The notes under the pieces were generated by a model. That model searched no databases. It was not told the origin of the DNA and saw nothing but the letters and a program-made list of their open reading frames with translations. A stretch of DNA of 62,510 nt, the filler included, from Nitrospinota bacterium (GTDB lineage: Bacteria > JAUXIQ01): NCBI GenBank assembly GCA_030620925.1. It is 7 parts of 7 records of this genome, joined end to end, with 100 filler letters (N's around TTAATTAATTAA, not from the genome) between each part and the next. Parts side by side here need not be neighbours in the genome. Positions count along the whole stretch, not along the records: positions 1 to 16,354 come from JAUXIQ010000010.1; positions 16,455 to 26,330 come from JAUXIQ010000045.1; 5 more parts are not named here. One strand, given 5' to 3'. Shown piece by piece: positions 9,232-19,681 of the stretch (the first letter of the stretch is position 1; every line of letters starts with the position of its first letter). The position numbers and the translations under genes are program-made.

Positions 9232-10170
9232 CTATCTTTCTCGCGGCACGGCCAACATACCGTCTATGGCCTTTTCAGCCCTCACCCTTATCTCCTCTGG
9301 AACGGTTATGGCGTGAACTCGGTGCAGCAGGGAATAGAGGACGTCCTGGAGGGTTATCAGCTTCATGTTGGGGCAGATCATATCGTTTGAGGACCTGTAG
9401 AACCTCTTGTCCCGGTTCTCGAGCTGAAGCCTGTAGAGAACCCCCATCTCGGTGCCGATGACAAGCTCCCTGGCATCAACCTCGCCGGCGTATTTATATA
9501 TACCCGAGGTGCTGCATATATGGTCCGCGAGCTCCAGGACTTCAGGCCGGCATTCGGGATGTGCCACGAATCTGGCCTGAGGATGTTCTCCCAGGACTTC
9601 CTTAACTTCTCCGGCGCTCAACCGGTGGTGAGTGGGGCAAAAACCTTCCCAGAGGACAACTTCTTTATCGGTGAACCGCGAAACGTACATCCCCAGATTT
9701 TTATCGGGGATGAATATGATCTTATTCGCCCCCTCCAGCGAATTCACCACCCGCACGGCGTTGGCGGAAGTACAGCAGATATCGCTCTCCGCTTTCACCG
9801 CCGCAGAGGTGTTGACGTAGCAGACCACGGCCGCATCGGGGTGTTCCTCCTTTATCCTCAGCAGTCCTTCAACATCCACCATGTCCGCCATGGGACACCC
9901 CGCCTCACGCCTGGGCAGGAGGACAGTCTTTTGGGGTGAGAGGATGGCGGCGGTTTCCGCCATGAAGTGCACCCCGCAGAAGACGATCACCTCCGCTTCA
10001 GTGGATGCCGCTTCCTGGCTGAGGCCAAGGGAGTCCCCTCCGAAATCGGCTATCTCCTGTATCTCCGCCCGCTGGTAATTATGGGCGAGGAGGATGCCGT
10101 TCTGCCTGTTAAGCTCCTCCCGGATTTTCTCTTTGAGAAGCTGGTCGTCAAAAATTTCGTAGGGGTCCAT
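9232..10170 (-). CDS. nadA: Quinolinate synthase
   Basis: [41 protein letters not shown]. Confidence 0.97.
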   Translation of the reverse strand: MDPYEIFDDQLLKEKIREELNRQNGILLAHNYQRAEIQEIADFGGDSLGLSQEAASTEAEVIVFCGVHFMAETAAILSPQKTVLLPRREAGCPMADMVDVEGLLRIKEEHPDAAVVCYVNTSAAVKAESDICCTSANAVRVVNSLEGANKIIFIPDKNLGMYVSRFTDKEVVLWEGFCPTHHRLSAGEVKEVLGEHPQARFVAHPECRPEVLELADHICSTSGIYKYAGEVDARELVIGTEMGVLYRLQLENRDKRFYRSSNDMICPNMKLITLQDVLYSLLHRVHAITVPEEIRVRAEKAIDGMLAVPRER

Positions 10171-10302
10171 TAAGCGGGCCTCTTCTAAAGAATCGGGTTC
10201 TCTTCATTTAAGGGACAAAATATACATTTTGAGTCGAGAATAGATTGGTGCAGGGCGCACGATCCTGATTTGTGCATATGGGGATTGGAGCACTTGAGAG
10301 GG

Positions 10303-10845
10303 CTATTTTTTCAGAGATATCACCTTTTCCCAGAGAGGGGATGCCTCCTTTTCCCTGCTAAGCTTTTCAAGGAGGAAGGCAAGGTGTTCTATAGCATCCA
10401 CGAAATCCGGTTTGAGGTCGATGGCCCTGTGATATGCCTCGATGGCTTTCTCCCATAGTCCTTTTTTCTCGTAGCTTCTCCCCAACTCAAACTGGGCCAT
10501 ATAATTATCCAGGTTCTCATCCGCCTCCAGAAGCAGTTCCTTTTCATCTTCAACCGTAAACGGCTCTACAACGGACAGGCCACCTTCTTGATCGTCTTCC
10601 ACATTCTCAGGAAATTCAACGAAATAATCAAGAAGCCCTTCCACCCGGGTGGTGAATTCTTCCTCATCCCTTCTGTGCTGGTCCATTTCATCGGTAAGCT
10701 CGGCTATCTTCCTCTGAGCTTCCTCATATTTCATCTCCAGCTCAGCTTTTTCCTGCTGCAGTTTATTGACAATATCGCTGGCCGATTTTATCCTTTTTTC
10801 GAGCTCACCGAATCTGTCTTTAAGCATACCACTCCCCTTTATCAT
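10303..10845 (-). CDS. ZapB-like coiled coil fused to a C-terminal TPR domain
   Basis: N-terminal RFGELEKRIKSASDIVNKLQQEKAELE...FTTRVEGLLD, then an acidic linker, then TPR repeats (AQFELGRSYEKKGLWEKAIEAYHRAIDLKPD). Confidence 0.65.
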   Translation of the reverse strand: MIKGSGMLKDRFGELEKRIKSASDIVNKLQQEKAELEMKYEEAQRKIAELTDEMDQHRRDEEEFTTRVEGLLDYFVEFPENVEDDQEGGLSVVEPFTVEDEKELLLEADENLDNYMAQFELGRSYEKKGLWEKAIEAYHRAIDLKPDFVDAIEHLAFLLEKLSREKEASPLWEKVISLKK

Positions 10846-10913
10846 AGCACCCGGTAACTGAAATTATAATAGACAGCTCTCCTGAAAAAGGCTAGACATT
10901 TAAATTTAAGTAC

Positions 10914-10941
10914 ATTATAAAAGGGCAAAATCGACTGTCAA
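10914..10941 (-). promoter_or_regulatory. Consensus sigma70 promoter upstream of the ZapB-like/TPR gene
   Basis: Minus strand TTGACA-16 nt-TATAAT. Confidence 0.7.
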
Positions 10942-11065
10942 GGGAAATCGTCCCCCCGGTGCCTGCACTCTATAAATCCGCCTCTGTAGCGGTGGTCTCC
11001 GAGGGCTTATCACGAGCCGTGTTCCCCATAATAAGGAGAGTTGTATCCTGTCGGAAAAAGATTTT

Positions 11066-11920
11066 CTAACTCGGGGGGTGGAGGGCGATATTATCTATCA
11101 GGCGAGGCTTTCCCACTTTGACCGCCAACGCCATGCGGGCGGGACACACTATTTCCTTGATCCCCTGAAGCGTCTCAGGGTCCACCACTACAACGTAATC
11201 GATGCTGGTATACGGTTCTGATTCTATCATTTCCCTGGCCCCCTGGATAACGGCCTCGGCATCCTTTTCACCCCGGGCGACCCGCTCACCGGCGTCTTTG
11301 AGGGAGCGAAAAAGCACCACAGCCGCCCGGCGCTCTTCCGGGTTCAGGTATGCGTTGCGGGAGCTCATGGCCAGGCCGTCTTCCTCCCTTATGGTGGGCA
11401 TGCCCACCACGGTCAGGTCCATGTCCAGGTCTCTGGCCATCTTCCTGACTATTACCAGTTGCTGGTAGTCCTTTTCGCCGAAATAGGCCCGGTGGGGTTT
11501 GGTGATGTTGAACAGCTTGGCCACCACCGAGGCCACACCGCAGAAATGGCCCGTACGGCTCCGGCCGCACATCACCTCCGACAGCTCCTGGACCTTGACC
11601 ACCGTGCTCGCTTCCGGCGGATACATCTCCTCCACGGAAGGGTGAAAAATTATATCCGCCCCCGCAGTTTCCGCCTTGCTGCAATCGCCCTCGAAGTCTC
11701 TGGGATACTGTTTGTAATCCTCTCCCGGAGCAAACTGCGCGGGGTTTACAAATATGCTCACCACTACCGACCGGCACTCACTGCGGGCGCCCCGGATCAG
11801 GCTCAGGTGGCCTTCATGCAGGGCTCCCATGGTGGGGACGAAGCCTATGCTCACGCCGCTCTTCCGCAGGGCATCGGCTTTCTCCTGCATCTCTCTGACC
11901 GTCTCTATGATCTCGACCAT
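11066..11920 (-). CDS. panC: Pantoate--beta-alanine ligase
   Basis: VPTMGALHEGHLSL, FGEKDYQQ, GLAMSSRN, RLIDN. Confidence 0.98.
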   Translation of the reverse strand: MVEIIETVREMQEKADALRKSGVSIGFVPTMGALHEGHLSLIRGARSECRSVVVSIFVNPAQFAPGEDYKQYPRDFEGDCSKAETAGADIIFHPSVEEMYPPEASTVVKVQELSEVMCGRSRTGHFCGVASVVAKLFNITKPHRAYFGEKDYQQLVIVRKMARDLDMDLTVVGMPTIREEDGLAMSSRNAYLNPEERRAAVVLFRSLKDAGERVARGEKDAEAVIQGAREMIESEPYTSIDYVVVVDPETLQGIKEIVCPARMALAVKVGKPRLIDNIALHPPS

Positions 11921-11992
11921 GAAAAACCGTCCCGCATAATTTCCGGATTCAGACGGAATTTACGAACCTGGAACCCATCAACTAATTACGCC

Positions 11993-12796
11993 TCAGTCGT
12001 AGCTTTCTTTATCCGTGGGAAACGCACCCTTCTTCACGTCGTCCACGTAAGCGGACACCGCTTCCCTGACCTGCCCGGCCATTTCGGCGTATCTCTTCAC
12101 GAATTTTGGGACGAACTCCTCGAAGATGCCCAGCAGATCGTGGAGGACGAGCACCTGTCCGTCACAATCCGGTCCTCCGCCGATTCCTATGGTGGGTATG
12201 GTCAGCTCCAGGCTTATCTCTTTCCCCAGCTCCCTGGGCATGGCCTCCAGAACCACGGAGAAAGCTCCCGCTTCCTGGACGGCCCGTGCGTCCCTCTTCA
12301 CCCGCTCGGCCGCCTCGCCTTTACCCTGCACCTTGAACCCGCCGAAGCCGTGCACCGATTGAGGCGTCATCCCCACGTGCCCCATCACCGGAATGCCCGC
12401 CTCCACCATGGCTTTTATGCTCTCCCGAACCCGCTCGCCGCCTTCCAGCTTCACCGCCCCGGCCCCTGTTTCCTTCATCAGCCTCCCGGCGTTGGCCATT
12501 GCCTGCTCCACCGAAATCTGATAGGACATGAAAGGCATGTCCGCCACCACCAGCGCCCTCCGGGCGCCGCGGCACACGGCTTTGGTGTGGTGAACCATTG
12601 TATCCATATCCACGGGGAGGGTGGTGTCGTAGCCCAGCACCACCATACCCAGGGTATCGCCCACCAATATTATATCCACGCCCGCCTCGTCCACCAGTTT
12701 GGCGAAAGGGTAATCGTAGGCGGTTATCATTGCGATCTTCCTGCCCTCTTCCTTCATCCTGATTATGTCGGTTATGGTGACCCTTTTTTCAGCCAT
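11993..12796 (-). CDS. panB: 3-methyl-2-oxobutanoate hydroxymethyltransferase
   Basis: [35 protein letters not shown]. Confidence 0.98.
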   Translation of the reverse strand: MAEKRVTITDIIRMKEEGRKIAMITAYDYPFAKLVDEAGVDIILVGDTLGMVVLGYDTTLPVDMDTMVHHTKAVCRGARRALVVADMPFMSYQISVEQAMANAGRLMKETGAGAVKLEGGERVRESIKAMVEAGIPVMGHVGMTPQSVHGFGGFKVQGKGEAAERVKRDARAVQEAGAFSVVLEAMPRELGKEISLELTIPTIGIGGGPDCDGQVLVLHDLLGIFEEFVPKFVKRYAEMAGQVREAVSAYVDDVKKGAFPTDKESYD

Positions 12797-12858
12797 GGCC
12801 GCCTCACTTTTAAATCATTCCCCTAATTAAACTTAATACCTTCAGGGATACGTTTTCA

Positions 12859-13350
12859 TCATCTCTCTATCAATTCCACTTTCTGGCCCTCACCCAACCG
12901 GAAGAGGAGTTTTTCCATACTCACCTTTAACAGCGGGTGCTCAACAGACGGGGCTATCTCTACCATAGGCTGGAGGACGAACCTCCTTTCGTGCATCCTG
13001 GGGTGAGGCACCTGAAGCCCGGACTCGTCAATCGTCTGATCGCCGTAGAGGAGAAGGTCCAGGTCTATAATCCTCGGCCCCCAGCGGAACGGCACTCGTT
13101 TGCCCATGTCCCTCTCGATGCCCTGGAGGGCTCTCAAAAGATCGTGGGCGTCCAGCTCCGTGCGAAGATGGCACACGGCGTTTACGAACCAGTCCTGTTC
13201 GGAAAAGCCCACCGGCTCCGACCTGTAAAGCGAAGAAGAGCGTATCAGACTCACCCCTTCCGCTTCGGCAAGCCTGGTCCTGGCTTCCAGACACTGCTCA
13301 ACAGGGTCTTCCAGGTTAGAGCCAATACCTACGTATACGTCGAACTCCAT
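12859..13350 (-). CDS. folK: 2-amino-4-hydroxy-6-hydroxymethyldihydropteridine pyrophosphokinase
   Basis: GIGSNL, WGPRIIDLDLL, PHPRMHERRFVL. Confidence 0.97.
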   Translation of the reverse strand: MEFDVYVGIGSNLEDPVEQCLEARTRLAEAEGVSLIRSSSLYRSEPVGFSEQDWFVNAVCHLRTELDAHDLLRALQGIERDMGKRVPFRWGPRIIDLDLLLYGDQTIDESGLQVPHPRMHERRFVLQPMVEIAPSVEHPLLKVSMEKLLFRLGEGQKVELIER

Positions 13351-13354
13351 GTTT

Positions 13355-14530
13355 TCATAAATTGAGTTTGGCCAGCCTCTCCACCACCTCTTGAAGCCTC
13401 TCTTCGGGAGTGCAGAGGGTCATCCTTATGTACCCTTCCCCGCAACTTCCGAAGCCGACCCCGGGCGTGCACACGATGCCCGCTTCGGTGAGGAGAAGGG
13501 CGGTGAAACGGGAGGAATCGTAACCATCCGGTACGGGTATCCAGACGTAAAAGGTGGCCTTTGGTTTCTCGACCTTGAGGCCGATCCGGTTGAGGCCCTC
13601 CACCAGGACGTCCCGCCGCCGGGTGTAAATCCGGTTGTTCTCTTCCACCCCGCTCATATTCCCGTTGAGAGCGGCCGCCGCCGCTTCCTGGACAGCCCCG
13701 AAGACGCCCGAATCGACGTTGTTCTTTATCCTGCCCAGGCCCGCTATGACCTCGCTGTTTCCCACCACGCAGCCCACGCGCCATCCGGTCATGTTGAAGG
13801 TCTTGGAAAGGGAGTGGAACTCCACGCCCACTTCCCTCGCCCCGTCGATCTCCATGAAGCTGATGGGTTTATGGCCGTCGAAGGCTATCTCGGTGTAGGC
13901 GGCGTCGTGGCAGATGATGACGTTGTTCCTCGCCGCGAACTCCACCACCTCCTGAAACATCTCCCTGGTAGCCACACCGGCGGTGGGGTTATTGGGGTAG
14001 TTGAGGAACATCATCACCGCCCTCCGGGCGGCTTCATCGCTTATCGCTGAAACGTCGGGCATGAAGCCGTTTTCCTCTTTCAGCGGGAACTCGATGGGCT
14101 CTCCATCCGCGAACACCGTACCCGCATTGTAGACGGGGTATCCGGGGTCGGGTATGAGCACGGCGTCACCGGGGTTGACGAAGGCCAGGGGGATGTGCCC
14201 GACGCCTTCCTTGGAGCCTATCAGGGAGATGATCTCTTTCCCCGGGTCCAGTTCCGCCCCGAAGCGTTCCTTATACCACCGGGCCACGGCTTCCCTGAAG
14301 GAAAGCGCGCCCTGGTAAGAGGGGTACTGATGGTGGGCCGGGTTTTCAACGGCCCCCGCCATGCACTGGACTATGTGCGAGTGGGTTGGCAGATCGGGGT
14401 CTCCCACGCCGAGGTCGATAATGTCCACTCCCCGTTCTATGGCTTCGTTTTTTAACCGGTCTATCTCCGCAAACAGATATGGCGGCAGCTTGGCCAGCCG
14501 CTCTGCTTGCTTGACACTAATCGCAGGCAA
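13355..14530 (-). CDS. dapL: LL-diaminopimelate aminotransferase (class I/II PLP enzyme)
   Basis: LPPYLFAEID, GVGDPD, IGSKEG, NYPNNPT, FHSLSKTFNMTGWRVG; located with dapA and dapB. Confidence 0.88.
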   Translation of the reverse strand: MPAISVKQAERLAKLPPYLFAEIDRLKNEAIERGVDIIDLGVGDPDLPTHSHIVQCMAGAVENPAHHQYPSYQGALSFREAVARWYKERFGAELDPGKEIISLIGSKEGVGHIPLAFVNPGDAVLIPDPGYPVYNAGTVFADGEPIEFPLKEENGFMPDVSAISDEAARRAVMMFLNYPNNPTAGVATREMFQEVVEFAARNNVIICHDAAYTEIAFDGHKPISFMEIDGAREVGVEFHSLSKTFNMTGWRVGCVVGNSEVIAGLGRIKNNVDSGVFGAVQEAAAAALNGNMSGVEENNRIYTRRRDVLVEGLNRIGLKVEKPKATFYVWIPVPDGYDSSRFTALLLTEAGIVCTPGVGFGSCGEGYIRMTLCTPEERLQEVVERLAKLNL

Positions 14531-14554
14531 TATTTATATCCCTCCTCATCTCAT

Positions 14555-15313
14555 TTACCGGCTGACGATCGGATTGCACAGCGAGCCGATGTCCGATATA
14601 CGCACCTCCACCTCGTCCCCCACCTTCATGGGGGCGATGCCCGAAGGAGTCCCCGTGGTGATGACGTCGCCCGGCAGCAGGGTAATGGCCTGGGTGACGT
14701 AAGCGATGACCTGGGGTACGTTGAACACCATGTCAGAGGTGCTGGAGGACTGCACGGTCTTTCCGTTGAGAAGAGTTTCCAACAGCACGTTGCCGGGGTC
14801 GGCATCGGTCTCTATGCAGGGGCCGATGGGGCAGAAGGTATCCATCCCCTTGGAGCGGGTGAACTGTGCTTCCTTTGCCTGGAGGTCCCTGGCGGTCACG
14901 TCGTTTACGCAGGTATACCCCAGCACGTAATCCAGGGCCTTATCCTCGGGGACTTTACTGGCCTTCTTACCCATGACCACACCCAGCTCCCCCTCGAAAT
15001 CCACCCTCTTGGTGATGGGGGGATAAACTATACCGTCGTCAGGTCCGATGACAGCGGAGGGAGGCATTAGGAAGATCATTGGCTCGGTGGGCACTTTCTG
15101 CCCGGTCTCCTGGGCGTGGAGGTGATAGTTAAGCCCCACGGCCACCACCTTGGAGGGCTGACAGGGGGTAAGCAGCTTGACCTGGGACAGTCCGTATTTC
15201 GTCCCCGTCCTCTCCAGCTTTCCGAAGATGGAGCCCTTGACCTGGTGCACGGTCTTGCCCGACAGAACCCCGCAGCTCGTCTTCCCCTTATAACTGTACC
15301 TAACGATTTTCAT
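14555..15313 (-). CDS. Fumarylacetoacetate hydrolase family protein
   Basis: VGLNY, DFEGELGVV, NDVTARD, KGMDTFCPIGP, TGTPSG. Confidence 0.93.
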   Translation of the reverse strand: MKIVRYSYKGKTSCGVLSGKTVHQVKGSIFGKLERTGTKYGLSQVKLLTPCQPSKVVAVGLNYHLHAQETGQKVPTEPMIFLMPPSAVIGPDDGIVYPPITKRVDFEGELGVVMGKKASKVPEDKALDYVLGYTCVNDVTARDLQAKEAQFTRSKGMDTFCPIGPCIETDADPGNVLLETLLNGKTVQSSSTSDMVFNVPQVIAYVTQAITLLPGDVITTGTPSGIAPMKVGDEVEVRISDIGSLCNPIVSR

Positions 15314-15358
15314 GATAAAACCCCTCCAATAAGCAGGCAGGCACCATTTACGGGGCCA

Positions 15359-16162
15359 CTATTTTAACCCCAAAAGGTCCTGCATGTCATAAAGGCCGGG
15401 AGATTGATTGACTATCCAGCGGGCGGCCCTGAGAGCGCCCCGGGCAAAGTTGTCCCGGCTCTGGGCCACGTGGGTTATCTCCACGCGCTCCCCGAGACCA
15501 CCGAAGATGACGGTATGCTCCCCCACTATATCCCCCGCCCTGAGTGCCTGGATGCCTATGGTCTCCCCGTCTCGCTCCCCGGTGATGCCTGAGCGGCCCA
15601 TGGCGGCTACCTTGTCCAGGTCCCGGCCCAGCGCCTCGGCTATTACCTCCGCCATGCGCAGCGCCGTGCCGCTGGGTGCATCCACCTTATACCTGTGGTG
15701 CGCTTCCACGATCTCCACGTCGTATCCTTCGGCAAGCAGGGGGGCGGCGTCTTTGAGTATCTTCAGCACCACGTTGACCCCCAGGCTCATGTTGGGGGCC
15801 ATGAAGCAGGGCATCTTCGAAGCCAGCTGCACGATTTCCGCCCTGTCGGCTTCGGTGAATCCGGTGGTACCCACGACCACGGCCTTGCCCCTCTCGGAAG
15901 CCGTCTGCATATGCGCCATGGAAGGCTCCGGCAGCGAAAACTCGATTACCAGATCGGCCCCGTCCAAAACTGAGGAGAGGTCCGAAGTGAGCTTGACTCC
16001 GATGCTGCCGCAGCCGCCGACCTCACCGGCGTCTCGCCCCAGGTCGGGGTGATCGTTCCCTTCCACGGCGCCCACCAGCTTCAGCTCTTCATCTGCGTTG
16101 ACCAGATCTATTAGGCGGCGGCCCATACGGCCTCCCGCCCCGGAGATAACTACGTTTATCAC
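15359..16162 (-). CDS. dapB: 4-hydroxy-tetrahydrodipicolinate reductase
   Basis: GAGGRMG, GTTG, EAHHRYKVDAPSGTA. Start moved to GTG at 16162 behind a GAGGGGAG RBS, because the ORF-track start overlaps the dapA stop. Confidence 0.96.
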   Translation of the reverse strand: MINVVISGAGGRMGRRLIDLVNADEELKLVGAVEGNDHPDLGRDAGEVGGCGSIGVKLTSDLSSVLDGADLVIEFSLPEPSMAHMQTASERGKAVVVGTTGFTEADRAEIVQLASKMPCFMAPNMSLGVNVVLKILKDAAPLLAEGYDVEIVEAHHRYKVDAPSGTALRMAEVIAEALGRDLDKVAAMGRSGITGERDGETIGIQALRAGDIVGEHTVIFGGLGERVEITHVAQSRDNFARGALRAARWIVNQSPGLYDMQDLLGLK

Positions 16163-16200
16163 AGGAATTCTCCCCTCGCTACGTACTACCCACAGCGCAC

Positions 16201-16354
16201 TCAAACCAGACCGTATTCCTCCATCACGCCCGTGAGGCGTTCCTTATTGGCCTCGGACATCTCGCAAAGGGGCAGGCGCAGCTCACCGCTGATTTTTCCC
16301 ATGAGGGCCAGAGCGGTCTTGACCGGGATGGGGTTGGTCTCGTAGAACATGGCC
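16201..16354 (-). CDS. dapA: 4-hydroxy-tetrahydrodipicolinate synthase, 3' fragment (contig end)
   Basis: Manual translation [50 protein letters not shown]; not in the ORF track. Confidence 0.93.
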
Positions 16355-16454
16355 NNNNNNNNNNNNNNNNNNNNNNNNNNNNNNNNNNNNNNNNNNNNTT
16401 AATTAATTAANNNNNNNNNNNNNNNNNNNNNNNNNNNNNNNNNNNNNNNNNNNN
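16355..16454. other. Artificial contig linker
   Basis: N-run + TTAATTAATTAA (stops in all six frames) + N-run, 100 nt. Confidence 0.99.
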
Positions 16455-16691
16455 CTCATTCTTTCCCCTCCCTAGGAAACATTACCCTTCTATTTTGTCC
16501 GACTCAGCTATTATACAGACTAGGTCGATTCTACGCTACTCAAAAAATGAGGCCGCGAAGTTCCGCACGCCGACCATCCCGGAAATGATGCAGAGCTCTG
16601 ATACTATGGGGAAAAGAGACATGCCCGGGGTGAAACCGTTCAGGCATTGGGTCAGAATAAAAGAGCCCTGATGAATCCACTCGGAGACCTA

Positions 16692-17912
16692 CTATTCCCG
16701 GGCCTCCATTATCTCCTCTTCGCTTCTCAGAGCCTCCTCGCCGGGGATTACCATCAGATTTTTGAGGATGGCGAAGGGATAATCCGGAGAATGCATGGTG
16801 GTGCCCCACATGTAGGGCGCCGTACTCTGTCCATCGAACTCGCGGATGGTTATGGGGCCTATGGGAGTATTCAGCGTCATCCCTCTTAGAGCGTCTATAA
16901 CCTCATCCGTATCCGTGGTTTCGGCCTTCTCGATAGCCGCGGCCAGGAATTTAATCACGTTATATCCCGACAATGCACCGTTGCCTGCATACTCATCCCT
17001 GCGCTTTTTATATTCTTTGGCAAAGGAAATGTTCGCTGCGGTTGCTGGAAAATAGGGTAGATAGTAGGCGGATGCGTATATGCCTTCAGGCATCTCATCC
17101 TCCAGGGCCGACACCACGTCCAGATCGCCGGCGGCGAAATTCATGTAGTTAATTTCCTCAAAGAGGTCGTGGGTTTTGGCCTGTTTGATGAAGGCTATGG
17201 CGTCTTCGCCCCACAGGGAGCTTATCACTACGTCCGGATCCGCCTCCATTATGGCTGTTATATATGAGCCGAAGTCCCCCTCTCCCAATTTGGGCCACGC
17301 TTCACCAACAAACTCCCCCCCCGGCTTGAGTTTCTCGAGGTAGTCGATGAAATCCTCAATAACCCGATGGCCGTATTCATGGTCGGGGCCGATGGTGTAG
17401 TAGGTGGTCCAGGGTTTGTCTTTGGCGAAGATGGCCCCGGACCTGCCGAATACCGTGGTGTTGGTTGTGGTCCTTGCCACGTAGCGATGGCCCTTCTCGC
17501 CGGTAAGCGCCGCGGTTTGGGAAATGCCGCTCAGGAACAGCACTTCATTTTCTCTGGCCACTTCGGAAACAGCCAGGGCCTCGGCATCGCTTATGGCTCC
17601 GGCCAGGAAATTCACCTTTTCCTTCAATATCAGTGACCGAGCCCCCTTCACCGCCACACCGGGTTTGAGTTTTGTCTTCTTCACTATCAGCTTCAGCGGC
17701 CTATCCAACACGCCCCCCCGGGCGTTGATCTCATCGACCGCCATTTTCATGCCCTCAACCGCGGGCTTGGTATAGACCGCAGCATAGCCGCTCAGTCCCC
17801 ATAGGACACCGATTTTTATCGGTTCAGCCGCGTAGGAAGCCGTGGGTAGAATTAAGGCTAAAGCAAAGGCAAGAGTCAGCACTGCGGCCCTGATGTGAAT
17901 CGAATATTTCAT
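16692..17912 (-). CDS. ABC transporter substrate-binding protein, LivJ/branched-chain type
   Basis: Signal peptide, PIKIGVL, AVDEINARGGVLDR; ATG 17912 follows GGAGGGGG (ORF track starts at 17942). Confidence 0.9.
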   Translation of the reverse strand: MKYSIHIRAAVLTLAFALALILPTASYAAEPIKIGVLWGLSGYAAVYTKPAVEGMKMAVDEINARGGVLDRPLKLIVKKTKLKPGVAVKGARSLILKEKVNFLAGAISDAEALAVSEVARENEVLFLSGISQTAALTGEKGHRYVARTTTNTTVFGRSGAIFAKDKPWTTYYTIGPDHEYGHRVIEDFIDYLEKLKPGGEFVGEAWPKLGEGDFGSYITAIMEADPDVVISSLWGEDAIAFIKQAKTHDLFEEINYMNFAAGDLDVVSALEDEMPEGIYASAYYLPYFPATAANISFAKEYKKRRDEYAGNGALSGYNVIKFLAAAIEKAETTDTDEVIDALRGMTLNTPIGPITIREFDGQSTAPYMWGTTMHSPDYPFAILKNLMVIPGEEALRSEEEIMEARE

Positions 17913-18207
17913 GACCCCCTCCATTTCTCCTAAAAGAGTCACTCAATTTTCAGGGACCTCTCAAGCACAGAGGATTCCGGCTCCCCCGGCAGGCGAATAA
18001 TCCTCATAAAACAAATCGATCAGTATAGTCGACGCACTAAATATTTTTTTTATTATAATATTTTATCGGCAGACAAACGTTAATTTATAACCTCTATTGA
18101 AAAACGGAGCGCCTTAAACCCTCAAGCATGGCCGCGCAGCCGCGGGAAAAAATATTCTCAATTCGATAAAAACTGCAGATGGAGAGTATTCTGACTCTCA
18201 GGCGGGG

Positions 18208-18235
18208 TTGAAATCCTGGGTCAATCTGATATAAC
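18208..18235 (+). promoter_or_regulatory. Putative sigma70 promoter (extended -10)
   Basis: TTGAAA-16 nt-TATAAC, with TG one base upstream of the -10. Confidence 0.4.
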
Positions 18236-18360
18236 TTTGAAGTCAACGTGGGGTGAAACCATGAATGTCGTCCACGGACAGGGCGGAAAAAATCTCAATT
18301 AATACGAGAACGTCCTGACTGACACCGTATTTCAGCTTGTGGAAAAAGGGAGGAGGAGCC

Positions 18361-19650
18361 ATGGCCGGGAAATTCAAATACGTGATAATCGGCAACGGCG
18401 CGGCGGGCATAAACGCCCTGGAATCAATACGTCGGGTGGATAAGGAGCCCCGGGCGGCCATCATATCCTGTGAGAGCGAGCTGGCCTTCTCCAGAACTCT
18501 GCTTCCTTACTTCGTGGAAGGCAAGATAGATGAAGAGAAAGTCTTCATCCGGGATGCGGAATATTACAGCCGGATGAACGCCGAGCCTGTTCTGGGGGAG
18601 GTGGCGGGGATCGATTTCAAAGCGAAATCGGTAAGCCTGGATGGCGGAAATGAAATAGGCTACGACAAGCTGCTCATCGCCACCGGAGCCGCACCCACCC
18701 TGCCGCCCATAAAAGGGCTGGACCGCGAAAAGGTTTTCACCTTGTGGACGCTGGACGACGCCCGTAACGTCATCTCCGCCTCCAAAGGGATCAAGGAAGT
18801 GGTAATAATAGGCGCGGGGCTCATAGGAGTACAGTCCTCCCACGCCCTGACCGGCCGCGACCTCCGGTTCACACTTATCGACGTTGCAGACCATATCCTC
18901 CCCCGCATACTGGACCCCGAAGGGGCGGCGATGGTGCAGGGCTTGGTGGAAAGCGACAAAGTCAAGATAATCACCGGCGCAAACATCACCGAAATAGCCA
19001 AAGGCAAAAAGGGCCACACACATTCCATCAAGATAAAAAGCAAAGGCAGTGTTAACGCCGACCTAATCATCGTGGGCACCGGCGCCAGGCCGAACGTCTC
19101 CTTCATAGAGGGCAACGGCATCGCTGCAGATGCCGGCATCCTGGTGAACGAAAAGATGGAGACCAGCGTCCCCGACGTATACGCCGCGGGGGACGCCGCC
19201 CAGGGGCAGGACGCCCTCAGCGGGGAACAGGTGGTTAGCGGAATATGGACCACCGCCGTGGAGCAAGGCTCCGTCGCCGGATACAACATGGCGGGCCGCC
19301 CCATGAACTACGAGGGCAGCCTCTCGGTAAACGTGGTGGACCTCTTCGGGGTGACCGTCGCTTCCGTGGGGGAGACGGGAGACGGCCAGGGATACGATGT
19401 GGAGACCTTTACCGACAGCTCCGGAACCACTTCCCGCAGGGTGTTCGTCAAGGACGGTGTGATCAAGGGGGCGGTATTCATCGGCCGCTACAGCGACGCC
19501 GGGATCATTCAGTGGCTGGTTCGAATGAAGGCGGACGTCGGAGCCTGGAAGGGGACCCTGGCCGGCCAGCCCCTCAACATGGGCAAGGTTATGCTGGGCA
19601 TAAAAGAAGTCGAGCTGGGCCCCCGCTGGCCTTTGCCCGACAAACAGTAA
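18361..19650 (+). CDS. FAD/NAD(P)-dependent oxidoreductase (NirB-N/rubredoxin-reductase-like)
   Basis: IIGNGAAG, LLIATGA, IIGAGLIG, VYAAGD; ATG 18361 follows AGGAGGAG. Confidence 0.88.
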   Translation: MAGKFKYVIIGNGAAGINALESIRRVDKEPRAAIISCESELAFSRTLLPYFVEGKIDEEKVFIRDAEYYSRMNAEPVLGEVAGIDFKAKSVSLDGGNEIGYDKLLIATGAAPTLPPIKGLDREKVFTLWTLDDARNVISASKGIKEVVIIGAGLIGVQSSHALTGRDLRFTLIDVADHILPRILDPEGAAMVQGLVESDKVKIITGANITEIAKGKKGHTHSIKIKSKGSVNADLIIVGTGARPNVSFIEGNGIAADAGILVNEKMETSVPDVYAAGDAAQGQDALSGEQVVSGIWTTAVEQGSVAGYNMAGRPMNYEGSLSVNVVDLFGVTVASVGETGDGQGYDVETFTDSSGTTSRRVFVKDGVIKGAVFIGRYSDAGIIQWLVRMKADVGAWKGTLAGQPLNMGKVMLGIKEVELGPRWPLPDKQ

Positions 19651-19681
19651 CAGCTTACACCAAAGGATAAAACCAACCTGT

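Noticed and set aside
10946-11065. Riboswitch or 6S RNA between panC and the ZapB-like gene
   Set aside because: No recognisable conserved motif or extended pairing found.
11459-12826. Long opposite-strand ORFs (e.g. 11459-12826, 82-777, 22424-23380, 44675-45637, 57592-58662, 59256-60473)
   Set aside because: Antisense shadows of well-supported genes in GC-rich DNA, with no recognisable motifs.
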